This document shows positions 43,195 to 55,022 of a stretch of DNA of 64,000 nt, in pieces (the first letter of the stretch is position 1; each line of letters opens with the position of its first letter). Below the pieces are notes generated by a model. That model was not told the DNA's origin, did no database searches, and was given only the letters and a program-made list of their open reading frames with translations. The DNA lies in contig OX597824.1 in assembly GCA_951406725.2 (NCBI GenBank), forward strand, positions 11,222,001 through 11,286,000, in the 5' to 3' direction. A program made the translations under genes and the position numbers. This DNA comes from Octopus vulgaris. Taxonomy: Eukaryota.

Positions 43195-43600
43195 CATGTT
43201 CTATCATCCTGTCCTAATCCTAGTTCCACCCTTGCAGTTGACCTGTACATTAGGCCTCAAGACATCGTCAGTTATCCTGGTTTTGGGTGCAGTCGCTTGT
43301 ATCATCTTCGATTGCTTCAGATCTTTTTTGAAGGTGGCATGCCATGTCTTCTGGGGTCTCCCTTTTTTTTCTTCATCTCTTTAATGATTCCCACTGTACA
43401 GCTGTCTTGGGTTTTTGTTCTTTAGAAAACATAATTAGCAAGTCCCACTTTTCTTGTTGCCACAATCTCCTGCATGCTGTGCAGATTAGCTCTTAGCAGG
43501 ACTTCGGAATTGGTAACTGTGTCCCTGTAAGTGATCTTGAGTAATCTATATAGATACCATTGGGGGAACACATTCAACGTCTGAATGATCTTTCTCCTAG
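43195..43600 (-). mobile_element. Old RTE LINE 3' fragment
   Basis: RLLKITYRDTVTNSEVL...GRPQKTW. Confidence 0.75.
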
Positions 43601-43913
43601 ACAGACTGCTGTTGGCAGGACAACGCTCTGATTTACACTGTTCTATTTTATACACTGCCAAACTAATAAAACTATATGTTCCGTACAAGCTCCAAAAAGA
43701 ATTTTCAGACGAAAAAAACCTCAAATTTTTATTGTAATTTAAGCGCCAATGCATTTAATGTGGCTCCAAGAAAATTTTAATTAATTAAGACTAAGAAATT
43801 ATAAAACATTGGATCAACGCTGATATCTGCTTTAGACAAGCAGGGGAAGCAACTCCAGCACACTCACAAACCGAAATGAGTTGACTGTAGAAGAACCTAA
43901 AATTTAATTATTA

Positions 43914-44308
43914 TCTCTCTATATATATAAAGCTAAAGTTGTCTGTGTGTGGCAGGTTAGGTAGCCTTCGACTAACGCTATCTCCTCCGAGACCCTGCGG
44001 CACAAGTTGATCAAAATTGAGAGTATGACAGAAGAAGGCTTGCTCTTCATTCCGTAGAAGAAAAAATTCAAATTGGACCATGTTAAGACCAAATATTATT
44101 TACATCAAAAAGGTGCCTTTTTTCTATGAAAATCCCTATTTTTTACGATTTTTTTTACTGCTGTGTTGCCATTTTTCAGTGTATTTCAACCAGAAAAATG
44201 TTCACTTAAAGAGAATAACAAGCTACATGATGCAAAATTTTTACTTTTCAAAAATTCCAATTCTAAAGGGTCAAAACAAACCCAAGCAACGCCGGGCGAT
44301 ACTGCTAG
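43914..44308 (+). mobile_element. Non-autonomous Helitron, copy 3
   Basis: TC...hairpin...CTAG|T. Confidence 0.85.
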
Positions 44309-44660
44309 TTTCATTATAATTTAATAAAATTGAGAATAGGCTTGTAGTGAGAAGAAAAACAATCTAATCTATGACACTATGACAACGCCAGCCATGATTA
44401 TGTCTTATTAGATTTTCTCAACGAAGAATAAGAGAGAGATCTTTAATAAAGAATTACTATATGCATGTACAGTGACACAGACAAATTTACGTAACAGACC
44501 GAAGGAAAAATGTCCAGAGATGACATGTAGATGGGAAATAATTTGTAAAGTAAGATCTAAAACATTCAATGTGAGAAAACTTATGAGCTAATAAAAAAAA
44601 ATCTGTTCTTACTGAAATATTGTCGGTTGGAGATTACAGTTTAGACTTGGAGGAACTTAC

Positions 44661-44735
44661 CAGTCAGCACAGAGGATATAATCAAATTTCTCAGGGCATT
44701 TAAAGCTGTCTAAATCATTGTTCCACCGTAAAGAT
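44661..44735 (-). CDS. CAMKMT: CAMKMT exon (SLRWNNDLDSFKCPEKFDYILCAD-C)
   Basis: 75 nt, CCTTTCAG| and |GTAAGT; LRW and FD.I.CADC motifs of METTL21-type lysine methyltransferases. Confidence 0.95.
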
Positions 44736-44940
44736 CTGAAAGGATAAATAAATAAATAAATAAATAAATAAAGTGTAAATCATTTTTTTTTTTTAGTTTG
44801 GGACTAGCGTGAATTATCTCCCCTCGCATAACTCGTCTTGTAAGCGAAGTGATAGTAATTAGCACGACTCTAATTTCATTAAAAGTTTCTATTAATGATT
44901 TATAAATTTCCGTATTTATGTGGGACAAAAATATATTTAC

Positions 44941-45169
44941 TTCTTTATTGCCCACAGGGGCTAAACATAGAGGGGACAAACAAGGACAGACAAACGGATT
45001 AAGTCGATTACATCGACTCCAGTGCGTAACTGGTACTTATTTAATCGACCCCCGAAAGGATGAAAGGCAAAGTCGACCTCGGCGGAATTTGAACTCAGAA
45101 CGTAGTGGCGGACGAAATACCACTAAGCATTTCGCCCGGCGTGCTAACGAATCTGCTAGCTCGCCGACC
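44941..45169 (-). mobile_element. SINE family A monomer, little diverged
   Basis: TSD AAAAATATAT(T/A)TACT. Confidence 0.9.
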
Positions 45170-45378
45170 TAAAAAATATATATACTATAATTTTGTATTA
45201 TTCATCAAAAAACGGTTCTCAATACATTCCCAGCAGTGGAACGTAATTCAGTATGATTGTGTGTGTGTGCGCACACAGGCATGCAAGCTTCTTTGCGCGT
45301 GAGCAGACTTTTTAATAAAACCTTGACACTTAAAATACTTTGAATTCTTTATGCTAAGTGATACCATACCGAGATATA

Positions 45379-45421
<43 letters not shown>

Positions 45422-45704
45422 GAACACATTTCAAAGATAAGCCGAAGTGTCCAACTTTGTAGTGTGAAAAGAGCCTCTTTTGTTAACAATTAGATTCCAC
45501 ATTTAACCAAGCAAGTTATGACACTTGGAGAAGGCACCAGTAAAAACATAACAGTTATATACAGACTACTATTATATACATCTCTATATATATAAAACTG
45601 TGATCACCGTGACCAACCAGATGTTGCTACACATCGCTTGTCACAATGTACTTCGCATTGTTTTAGCCTTCAAATGACGCCACCCCGCTGGCTAAGCGAG
45701 CAGG

Positions 45705-45740
<36 letters not shown>

Positions 45741-46258
45741 TGAGAATGTGTGTGTGTCTGTTTGTCTGTCTGTGTGTTTTCCTAAAACTTGAGAACTACA
45801 CGACCAATTTCATTCAAATTTTACACATGCCTTACTTAGGGTCTGGGGAGTGTCATATTTTACTTTTTGCCTAGAGCGAGCCCATAGCAATATTATATCT
45901 TCTCCACTATTTCAGTATTACATGTTAAAAGTGAAACAAAAACATTTCTCTATTTTATGTCAGATACTTTCACTTTAACAATAAAAATAATACTAACAAT
46001 TGAATTATATGTAGTAAGTAATAATTAAAATCAAACTAAAGTATAATATTACCGTAACATAACAAAAGTAAAAATAGCAATTGGTATAAAATTGCATCAA
46101 TGACTTGAACTTGAATAAGTGGTTTCACATGAATGGGAATAAATTAAAAAATAAAATTAGCGTGCAGAAATGGAATAGTCCAGATGGATAATAAAAAATT
46201 AAATTAAAGAAAAGACTATTGTCTATACAATGTAGAGAAAAAAGAAGATTTGAACACA

Positions 46259-48036
46259 CGGCGGAAATCAATTTGCGTGTTGTTATCTGTGATTAGAAGT
46301 TGAAATTTTGTTGTGTAAAGTGATTAATATCGCGCGAGGCGTTTGCCTCCACGTTTGGAAACCTTCAGAAGAAGGTGAATTGACCCTCTAGTCATGGCGA
46401 CTTACGCGGGGGTCACGGGAAAGAATAATAATGATTCGGCAATAATCGTGAAGGATGTTTTCTTTGAGAAGAGTAAACTCAAAGAATACGAAAAGCTCTT
46501 CAAAAGGGAGGGTGATAGCGTGAAGCTAATCCCCCCCGCGAAAGCAAAAGAGGACAAAGAAAACAAAACTGTAACGTATAGAACCCAGGATAAAAGTACA
46601 AAGAAACTGGCAAGAGTGGAGATAGCAGAGATCGAAAAATGTCTGGGAGACATAATGGATAAATCGACCTACGTGAGTAGAGGAAAAAAATTTGGTACGG
46701 TGAAGGTGAGATGTGCAACGGAAGAAATTGCAGCCTCACTGGCTACCACTGTTCTAAGAGCGGAAACATTTATAATGTGGCCCTCATACAAGGGAAGAAG
46801 AGGGGTCCGGGTTAAAATCCCGAATATACCCCCAGAAATAAAAACAGAATGGCTGGCAACAGCTATTCTAGGAGCAGCAGAAGAGGAAGTGGAGGTGGAA
46901 TCCTTTAAGGAGTCCAACGCAGTAAATTGGAGAGGATATGGGGTAGAACTGTGTTTGATGGCCACAAAAGAGGACATTGAAAGGTTCCCCTATAGAATAG
47001 AAATCGAAGACGAGAAAACCCTCAGTGTAATTGTAGAGGGAAGAAAGCCAAACTGCTACTTGTGCGGGACAAGGGGGCACATTAAAAAAGAGTGCCCGTT
47101 ATATGAATTCATGGCGGAGTATGAGAAGGAAACTGAAGAAAAGAAGAATACGGTAAATGAAAAAGAAAACATAGAAAAGGAGACAAAACAACAAGAGAAA
47201 GGAAATAATAAGTCAACGAAGGAAAATAAATAAAAGAAAAGAAAGAAATAGAACCAAAACAGAGTCAGGAAAAGAAAAAGGAAAAAGAAATAACAGGAAA
47301 AAAACAAGAGAGAGAACAGAACCAAACGAAAAGAAAAGACGGCACACAAAAAGAAAAAGAAAAGGAACATAAAACACGAGAGAAAGAGAGAACAGACAAA
47401 GAACCAAAAAGACAAGAGAAGGAAGAAGAAAGAAAAGAAGGCAAAAAGAGAGAAAGAGAGAAACAAAGAGAGGAGAACAAGGAAGAAATAAGCCCGAAAA
47501 GAAAAACGAGAGAAAACGTAGGACGGAAACAAGATTACTACAAGTTAATAACCTTCCATTTCAGCCCCGAAATGAAGGAATTGACATGTAGTATGGAGGG
47601 ACATGTGTGGGTCAACAGGATGACTGATCAGTGGCAGGAGACTGCTCTGATCCCCGAAGAAAGAGTCGCTGAGTTCCTCAGAGCAGCTGGAGAGAGTGTA
47701 ATTTTTTACACGGGTGTTCGAGTGAAAGAGCGGCTGCCTGAGGGCTCAGTGATTGACTTTAGAGACTTGAAAAGTATTATGGAATACGTGTGAGATTGTG
47801 AGAGGAGAGAGAAGAAAGAAGAGAAAAAAGAAAAAAAAAATTGTGAACTATATGTGACGAAAATGTAACCTCTCGATTCCGGGGATCGAGTGGGCATTTG
47901 CATCTCATTGTAAATATTCTTTCATTTGTCATTTTTATTTTTATTTTTTTCCCTTCTTGTCATTTCGCTTTCTTATTTTAAGTTCCCCGATTGTATTGTC
48001 CCCTCTATGTTCGCCCCTTGTGGGTAGTAATAAAAT
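46259..48036 (+). mobile_element. ORF1-only non-autonomous non-LTR element
   Basis: 5'UTR, ORF1, ~240-bp 3'UTR, LINE/SINE-type terminus; flanked by CACA; splits an older ORF1 relic. Confidence 0.8.
46394..47793 (+). CDS. L1/Tx1-type ORF1 (RRM-like region, CYLCGTRGHIKKEC knuckle, K/E-rich linker, C-terminal domain); ~466 aa if one frameshift near 47230 is bridged
   Basis: ORF 46394-47233 plus a second open frame 47230-47793. Confidence 0.8.
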
Positions 48037-48350
48037 CACATGGAGGAAAGCACCATCGAAAAGTGTCTTGGTGCGACTATGAAAGATATCTAACCAGAGA
48101 CAGTAAATTCACCACAATAGAAGCAAGGTTTGAGTCAACGGAGCGTGCAAAAGAGTACTCAACTTGAACTTGCAAAGTGGAAATATTTTAGTTTTACTTT
48201 TATATCTGGGACATAGGACGTGCCAGATAAAAATTAAAAATGCCCCCCACCCACCCACCCCAGAAGTTGAAGTAGGCTGGATTGTAGCCACACTTCTATA
48301 CAAGAGGGAGGACAAGATACAATTGATCGAAATTGCAAGAGACGGGCTTA
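48037..48350 (+). pseudogene. Right half of older ORF1 relic (left half 46206-46258)
   Basis: Rejoined: KEKTIVYT/CREKRRFEH|MEESTIEKCLGATMKDI...YLGHRTCQIKIKN..PEVEVGWIVATLL. Confidence 0.8.
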
Positions 48351-48522
48351 CAATTCCAGTCTGTTATATATTTTGAGTATTGTTATCACTAGCGATATCA
48401 AGATATAACTTTGTATTTTGTATTTTATGTGTAGATGTATATATATAGATGTACATGTAATATTACACATATATATACACATATATACATGCACTAGCAC
48501 TATGACCCGGGTCATAATGCTA

Positions 48523-48583
<61 letters not shown>

Positions 48584-49159
48584 TAAATCTGTTTGTTATG
48601 GAGTCAGAGAGTGACCATTGCTTTTGCATCAATCTCAGTCGACCTCGGCGGAATTTGAACTCAGAAAGTAACGGCAGACGAAATATGGCTACGTATTTCG
48701 CCCGGCGTGCTAACGATTCTGGCGAATCGCTGCCTTAGTTTGTTGGATACCATTCTTTGAGGTTATTCTTCCTTATCTGTCATTATTCCAATTGATCTAC
48801 AGTAGACTTAACAAAATTTACATGATGTTTAGAGTGTTGTATCCAATTTCAAGCGATTTCATCGCTTCATAATTTCCCAATTTTTAATTAATTTAACTAA
48901 ATTTTGTAATTCACAGGCACGTTTATGTCTTTTACTGAAACATCCAATAAAACTCATTCTTGGTTTAAATTTAAAACTAAATTCTCAAAATAAATTTGTA
49001 CATTTTCATAAATATAAATAAAACAATTTAAGAACTGTTTAAATATTGATGTGAGTTACCTCCCTTGCGCATTGAATGAATCTTTTTTTTCATTCTTTTT
49101 AAATTTGAATCCGTGACCAATATGTTTAACTTTAGCCTTTTATTCAACTCTTTAAAATG

Positions 49160-49219
49160 TCTGGTTAAGAATGTGGGCTACTAACCCCAAGATTCTGAGT
49201 TCAATTTCAGGCAGTGACT

Positions 49220-49298
<79 letters not shown>

Positions 49299-49592
49299 TG
49301 ATAATAATAATAATAATAATCGTTTAACGTCCGTTCTCCATGCTAGCATGGGTTGGACGGTTCGACCGGGAATCTGGGAAGCCAGAAGACTGCATCAGGC
49401 TCCAGTCTGATATGGGAGTGTTTCTACAGCTGGATGCCCTTCCTAACGCCGAAAATACCTTAGGAATGAGAACCCAGGTTTAAAATTTCCCCAAGACACC
49501 TGATGAAGGCTGGAAGGTATATCAGCTGAAACGTGTTAACAACAAACAAGATGAGGACAAATATCTGTCAAATGTAAATAATGTAAATAATA
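49160..49592 (+). mobile_element. Hammerhead-tailed SINE (family D), 5'-clipped, interrupted by an RTE-tail fragment
   Basis: Same head remnant, (AAT)n and tail as 50881-51128; CTGATGA core at 49500; GTT cleavage triplet deleted. Confidence 0.8.
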
Positions 49593-49887
49593 TAAGTTAT
49601 TCCTTGTTAAAGTTGTCGTATTTGGGTAATTTCAACAAACTGTTTAATTAAAAAAAAATTAATTAAAAACTCAGTGAGCCAAACTGAACAGATTCGATAT
49701 ACAAAGTGTATATAAAGTGTATCATAAATCCAGGCTAACAGAACAGTGATGTCAGCCAGCCTCATGTCAAGAACCAGCTTATCATTTGTCCCGTAATCAA
49801 AATACAGAAATTTACTACAGCAGGCTGTGTAATATAATGTCAGGTTTAGTGGGAAAAGCTGAATTTCTACATAAAAGACAAGATTAC

Positions 49888-49954
49888 CTGGCATAGACTT
49901 CTGTGTCACCAAATATATTTCTTTTCTGATTATTCTTCACGATATGCCGGACAT
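49888..49954 (-). CDS. CAMKMT: CAMKMT exon (N-VRHIVKNNQKRNIFGDTEVYA-R)
   Basis: 67 nt, GTTTTAG| and AG|GTAATC, phase 1->2 fits both neighbours. Confidence 0.92.
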
Positions 49955-50019
49955 CTAAAACAGAAGCCAGAAACCCAATGAACCAACGTTAGGAAAGAAA
50001 AGAAAGATACAATACGATA

Positions 50020-50423
50020 ATTATAATAATAATAATAATGAAATTATTGTATACAGTGCTCAGGTGCACCACAACTTGTCAGAAAGTGCATATAAAGTAC
50101 ATGCAGCAATGTAGAAATGTCTGGAAAGTGAACATGTTTGTGTGTGTATGGAGGGGAGAAAATCAAGTGTAGTGTTGGCGAATCTCAGGAAGCATGGAAG
50201 TTTTGAAGGATGCAGTGCTCCGACAACTAACAACCGATGCCGGCAGTTTGTTCCACGCTTCAGCAACTCTTAGCGTGAAAAAATGTTTCCTGAAGTCATG
50301 GGAGCTGTGCTGTTTTCTTACTTTGTAAATATGTCCACGGGTGTTAGATGGGTGGAGTTTGAAGAGGTGCTCAGAGTTATTGTTTGTGCGATGGTTGATA
50401 ATTTTATGGGTGTCTGCCAAGTC
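50020..50423 (-). mobile_element. CR1/Jockey-group LINE 3' end
   Basis: NTRGH.YK...FFTLRVAEAWNKLP..VV...FK, (ATT)n tail; second copy 59672-60106. Confidence 0.9.
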
Positions 50424-50754
50424 TGGAATAAGGGTACATATTTAAGGAGGTGGGGGCAGGAAGGGGAATGGGGGATACAGGGGGTTCATAAGGGGTACAG
50501 GAGGGGTGGTAAGAAAGGGACAAAAAGGGGACAAGAGGAAGGACAGGGGAAGGTGTTTTTATCCTTTGTTGTTCACTTTTTGAAAAAAAGACACATTAGG
50601 CAATGTTACCCAGTGGCCATGCTGGAGTACCACATTCAAGGGTTTAGTTGAACAAGTTGACCCTACAGTTCTATATTTAAGAGATGAGGAATTATGTACA
50701 TTATTTACATTATTTACATTTGATGGATATTTGTCCTCATCTTGTTTGTTGTTA

Positions 50755-50798
50755 ACACAACGTTTCAGCTGATATACCCTCCAGCCTTCTTCAGGTGT
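50755..50798 (-). ncRNA. Minimal type-I hammerhead ribozyme
   Basis: ACAC-CUGAAGA-a-GGCUG(gaggguauau)CAGCU-GAAAC-GU-U-GUGU: stems I and II, full core, palindromic ACGU stem III. Confidence 0.8.
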
Positions 50799-50880
50799 CT
50801 TGGGGAAATTTCGAACCTGGGTTCTCATTCCTAAAGTATTTTTCAATGTTATTATTATTAGTATTATTCTTAACCACTAT

Positions 50881-51128
50881 GGGCACATGGCGTAGTGGTT
50901 AAGAGCGCATGCTACTAACCCCAAGATTCTGAGTTCGATTCCAAGCAGTGACCTGAACAACGATAATAATAATAATAATAACATCAAAAAGTACCTTAGG
51001 AATGAGAGCCCAGATTTGAAATTTCCCCAAGACACCTGAAGAAGGCTGGAGGGTATATCAGCCGAAATGTTGTGTTAACAACAAACAAGATGAGGACAAA
51101 TATCCATCGAATGTAAATAAGGTAAATA
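50881..51128 (+). mobile_element. SINE family D: tRNA head + (AAT)n + hammerhead tail, with inverted partial copy 50666-50880
   Basis: A box TGGCGTAGTGG, B box GAGTTCGATTCC; hammerhead at 51032-51075; TSD AAGTTGA(C/T)CCTA at 50654-50665 and 51129-51140. Confidence 0.85.
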
Positions 51129-51499
51129 AAGTTGATCCTAATCCTTATTTTTAAAGTCTGGTACTTACTTTATTGGTCTCTTTTGCTGAACTGCTAAGTT
51201 ATGAGGATGTAAACAAACTAACATCGGTTGTCAAGCAATGTTAGTAGTGAGAGGGACAAGCGCAAACATAAAGGTATACACATATACAAACACCATTACC
51301 ATCCATTGCTAAGTTAGGGGAAGCATTATACTTTCACTTTTTTACTGGTTCTGACTGGTTGGCTGTGTCCATTGCTGTGTTATTGTTGGGATGTCATAAC
51401 TCTTTGTTCACAGCCTTTATTTCTGTGAATTCACTGACTGTATCCAACCTTCAATTGTCTACAAAGCCATAACATTTCAACTGAACATTAACCACAGAT

Positions 51500-52045
51500 G
51501 ACATACACACATACATACATACATACATACACACATACATACATGCATACATACATACATGCATACATGCATACATACATACATACATGCATACATACAT
51601 ACATACATTCATACATACATACATACATTCATACATGCATGCCTGCATGCATGCATACATACATACATATATACATACATACATGCATACAAACATACAT
51701 TCATACATACATTCATACATGCATGCATACATACTTACATACATGCATGCATACAAACATACATTCATACATACATACATACATACATGCATTCATACAT
51801 ACATACATACATACATACATACATGCATACATACATACATACATGCATACATACATACATACATACATGGATGTATGCATACATACATACATACATACAT
51901 ACATGCATGCATACATACATACATACATGCATATATACATACATACATGCATACATGCATGCATGCATACATGCATGCATGCATACATACATTCATACAT
52001 ACACACATACATACATACAGACAGACAGGCAGGCAAAGACATACA

Positions 52046-52082
<37 letters not shown>

Positions 52083-52106
52083 GCGCGTGCACAAACACAC
52101 ACACAC
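51500..52106. repeat. (CATA/CATG)n and (CA)n microsatellites
   Basis: Direct reading. Confidence 0.95.
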
Positions 52107-52515
52107 AGAACTAAGCAGGGTGCAGTGAGGTGTGACTGAAATAATTATCTCCTTTCCTAGCTGACTAGGGCCTAATGAGATGTAACAGAGATGTCTAATG
52201 TCTGTTTCCGCTCAGCAGAATCCATTGATGTGTGACATGCATAAAACCCTCCTACTAACAGAATAGGCTTCAATGAAGTGTGACTGATGCATTGAAGAAC
52301 ACCAGGGTCTTACATATGTAATATACCGAGATAAAAATCTTTGATCATCTGAGCATGTCCAAACAGGTATAGCTGTTGTGGTAATAAGTCTGCTTCTCAA
52401 CCACATAGTTCTGGGTTCAAACTCACTGCATGGCACCTTGGGCAAGTGTCTTCTACTATAGCTCTGGGCCAACCAAAGCCTTGTGAATGGATTTGGTTGA
52501 CAGAAACTGAAAGAA

Positions 52516-52746
52516 GGTGGTGAGGTGGCAGAAACGTTAGCACACCGGGCAAAATGCTTAGCGGTATTTCGTCTGCTGCTACGTTCTGAGTTCAAATTCC
52601 GCCAAGGTCGACTTTGCCTTTCATCCTTTCGGGGGCGATTAAATAAGTACCAGTTATGCACTGGGGTCAATGTTATCGACTTAATACCTTTGTCTGTCGT
52701 TGTTTGTCCCCTCTATGTTTAGCCCCTTGTGGTCAATAACGAAATA
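52516..52746 (+). mobile_element. SINE family A inserted in a family B copy (52365-53020)
   Basis: 14-bp TSD AGAAACTGAAAGAA at 52502-52515 and 52747-52760. Confidence 0.9.
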
Positions 52747-53453
52747 AGAAACTGAAAGAAGCTCGTTACACACACACACATATGTATGTATATGCTTATG
52801 TGTGTGTGCCTTTGTGTTTGTATTGGTCTTGCACCACCGTTTGACAACTGATGTTGGTTTGTTTACATCCTGGTAACCTAGCAGTTCAGCATAACTGGCC
52901 GAGAGAATAAGTACCAGGTTTATAAAAACAAGTACTAGAGCTGATTTGTTTGATTGAACCCTTCAAGGCAGCGCCTTAGCATGGCTGCTGTCCAATGATT
53001 GAAACAAGTAAAAGATAGCAAGGATGTTGACAAAAATTCTCTTAAGGTAAACAAAAAACAAGGGAGATGACTCCTACAAGAACCTCTGGACATAAGTGAA
53101 TAAGTTATTTAAGAACCACGTACATTTCTTTTTTTTTGTTATATTCAAAAGCCACAATATGTGTTTAAAATAATATTTATATATAACAAGTTATACAGTG
53201 GCGTAGGTTACTGAGTTTTTATTTTTGCAGGTAATGCTTTAAAATATGGTTGGCAGAATGGTAAAGCTGTTTTAGGAAAAATAGCACTGAAACCCATTAT
53301 CTCAGGAGCTGCATGGAATAATTTTGGGAGCCATATGTAACCCACAAACCACAGCTGGGTTACCACTTAATGTAGAAAATGCAGATTGGAGTGGATCTGT
53401 TTTTCAAAATCACCTGGTCAAAGTAATGGGTATGTTTCATTATTATTTGATCT

Positions 53454-53866
53454 TGTAACAGGATGAGAGACTCCCACACTGGAGGGGTGCTGCTCGCATC
53501 CTTTACATCAAATATTAATTGAAGAAAGTGTCAAGATTTTCCATTAACTTCAACAGTATAAATATTTATTCTTTGAGTTGCAAATATAAACATTTCCTTC
53601 CTCTGGGTGAATCAGCAGTAGTCAAGTGGAGTGAGTCAATCCTACCCGTTCAAGTACAGCAGGGATGCGCCACGAGGTAGCAGCTCAAGAGAGCTGCTGG
53701 AGACACGCCTGTCTTGTTCAGCTGCTAGCGTCAAAGAGAGAGATATAAGAGAATTTCGCTGCTGCTAGTTTTTTGCGCATGTGCATGAGGGAACTTCCGG
53801 CAGGCCTCCCAGAAGGCTCCAGCCCTGTGCATGCGTGCTGGAGATTTCCAAGATGGCGTCACTACA
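53454..53866 (-). mobile_element. Solo LTR (gypsy-like)
   Basis: TGTA...TACA termini, 4-bp TSD ATCT, GC-richer body, minus-strand AATAAA at 53570-53565. Confidence 0.75.
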
Positions 53867-54640
53867 ATCTCCTCAGCAAAACATCAACAACTCATTTGGC
53901 AACATTAAGAGTGCTTAGCACACATACATAGGCAGATACATGTGTGTGCGCATGTGTGTGCATAAGTGAGTGTGTTCTGGGTATGACTTTAAACTGCATC
54001 TGCTAGTGGGGCCTTGATCTGGGAATCTTAGGGTTTCGGGAGTGTGGAAGCATCTCTTAGCCACTATTGTTCCAATGTTTACTCTGATCCAGAATAGTAG
54101 CACCTGTCAGGGTCCCAACTCTGGGTTAATTTTGCCAATTGCTACATTCTGAGTTCAAATTCCACCTGGGTTGACTTTGCCTTTCATCCTTTCAGGGTCA
54201 ACTAAATAAGTACCAGTTACACACTGGGGTCTATGTAATCAACTTAATCCCTTGCCCCAAATCTGAGGCCTTGTGCTTCCAGTAGAAAGGACTTTAGTTC
54301 ACTCTCTCCTTCAAATCGGCGTTGCCTGAACAGTATGCCAAATGCCAGGTGCTGAAGTGATTGCAGAGCAATGTGAGATGAAGTATTTTGCTCAAGAACA
54401 CAATGCACCACCTGGTCCAGAAATTGAAACCATGAACTTGCAATCATGAATGCAAACACCCTAACCACTAAGCCATGCATTCTCACTGCATATGTACACA
54501 TAAATACACATACACACTACTCATGTATGTTTGTGTGTATAAATGGATGTATAAATCATTTGCCAATGAGGGAGTAAGAAATGTAAAAGAAACATTAGTG
54601 AATCTGAGAAAAGAAAAGCTGAAATAAGGACAAAACTTAC

Positions 54641-54704
54641 TTTTTATGGAATTTTCATTGCCGTCTGTAATTTCAACGTAGGTGGCACTGCTTGATGCTG
54701 CTAC
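54641..54704 (-). CDS. CAMKMT: CAMKMT exon (VAASSSATYVEITDGNENSIK)
   Basis: 64 nt, TTTACAG| and |GTAAGT; TDGNE motif. Confidence 0.95.
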
Positions 54705-55022
54705 CTGTAAATGACAAATAATTTTTTTAGTTATTAATAACAATCACTGAATAGCTAATGTTAATGGTTGTGGTTATTGTTGTTGTGTTGTCTAGATCCT
54801 ATTTAGCCCTGAGTAGCCCTATGATCATGGGTATTCCAACTGTGACAAGCTTGTCTTTTTAGGGCAATCTAGGACTACATTATCTGGTATAGCCCTATAT
54901 AGTCATAAAGGGCATAATTTGAGGGAATTTTGGCTGTTCTTCCAAGCTAGTTGAGTGACCAAGGATGTTGATGTTGAGTTGACCCCCAAGCATGAGCTGA
55001 TTCAGCAGATCTATGGTCAATA

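Noticed and set aside
47056-47532. Phe/Leu-rich 'membrane protein' ORFs
   Set aside because: Antisense of the A-rich K/E linker
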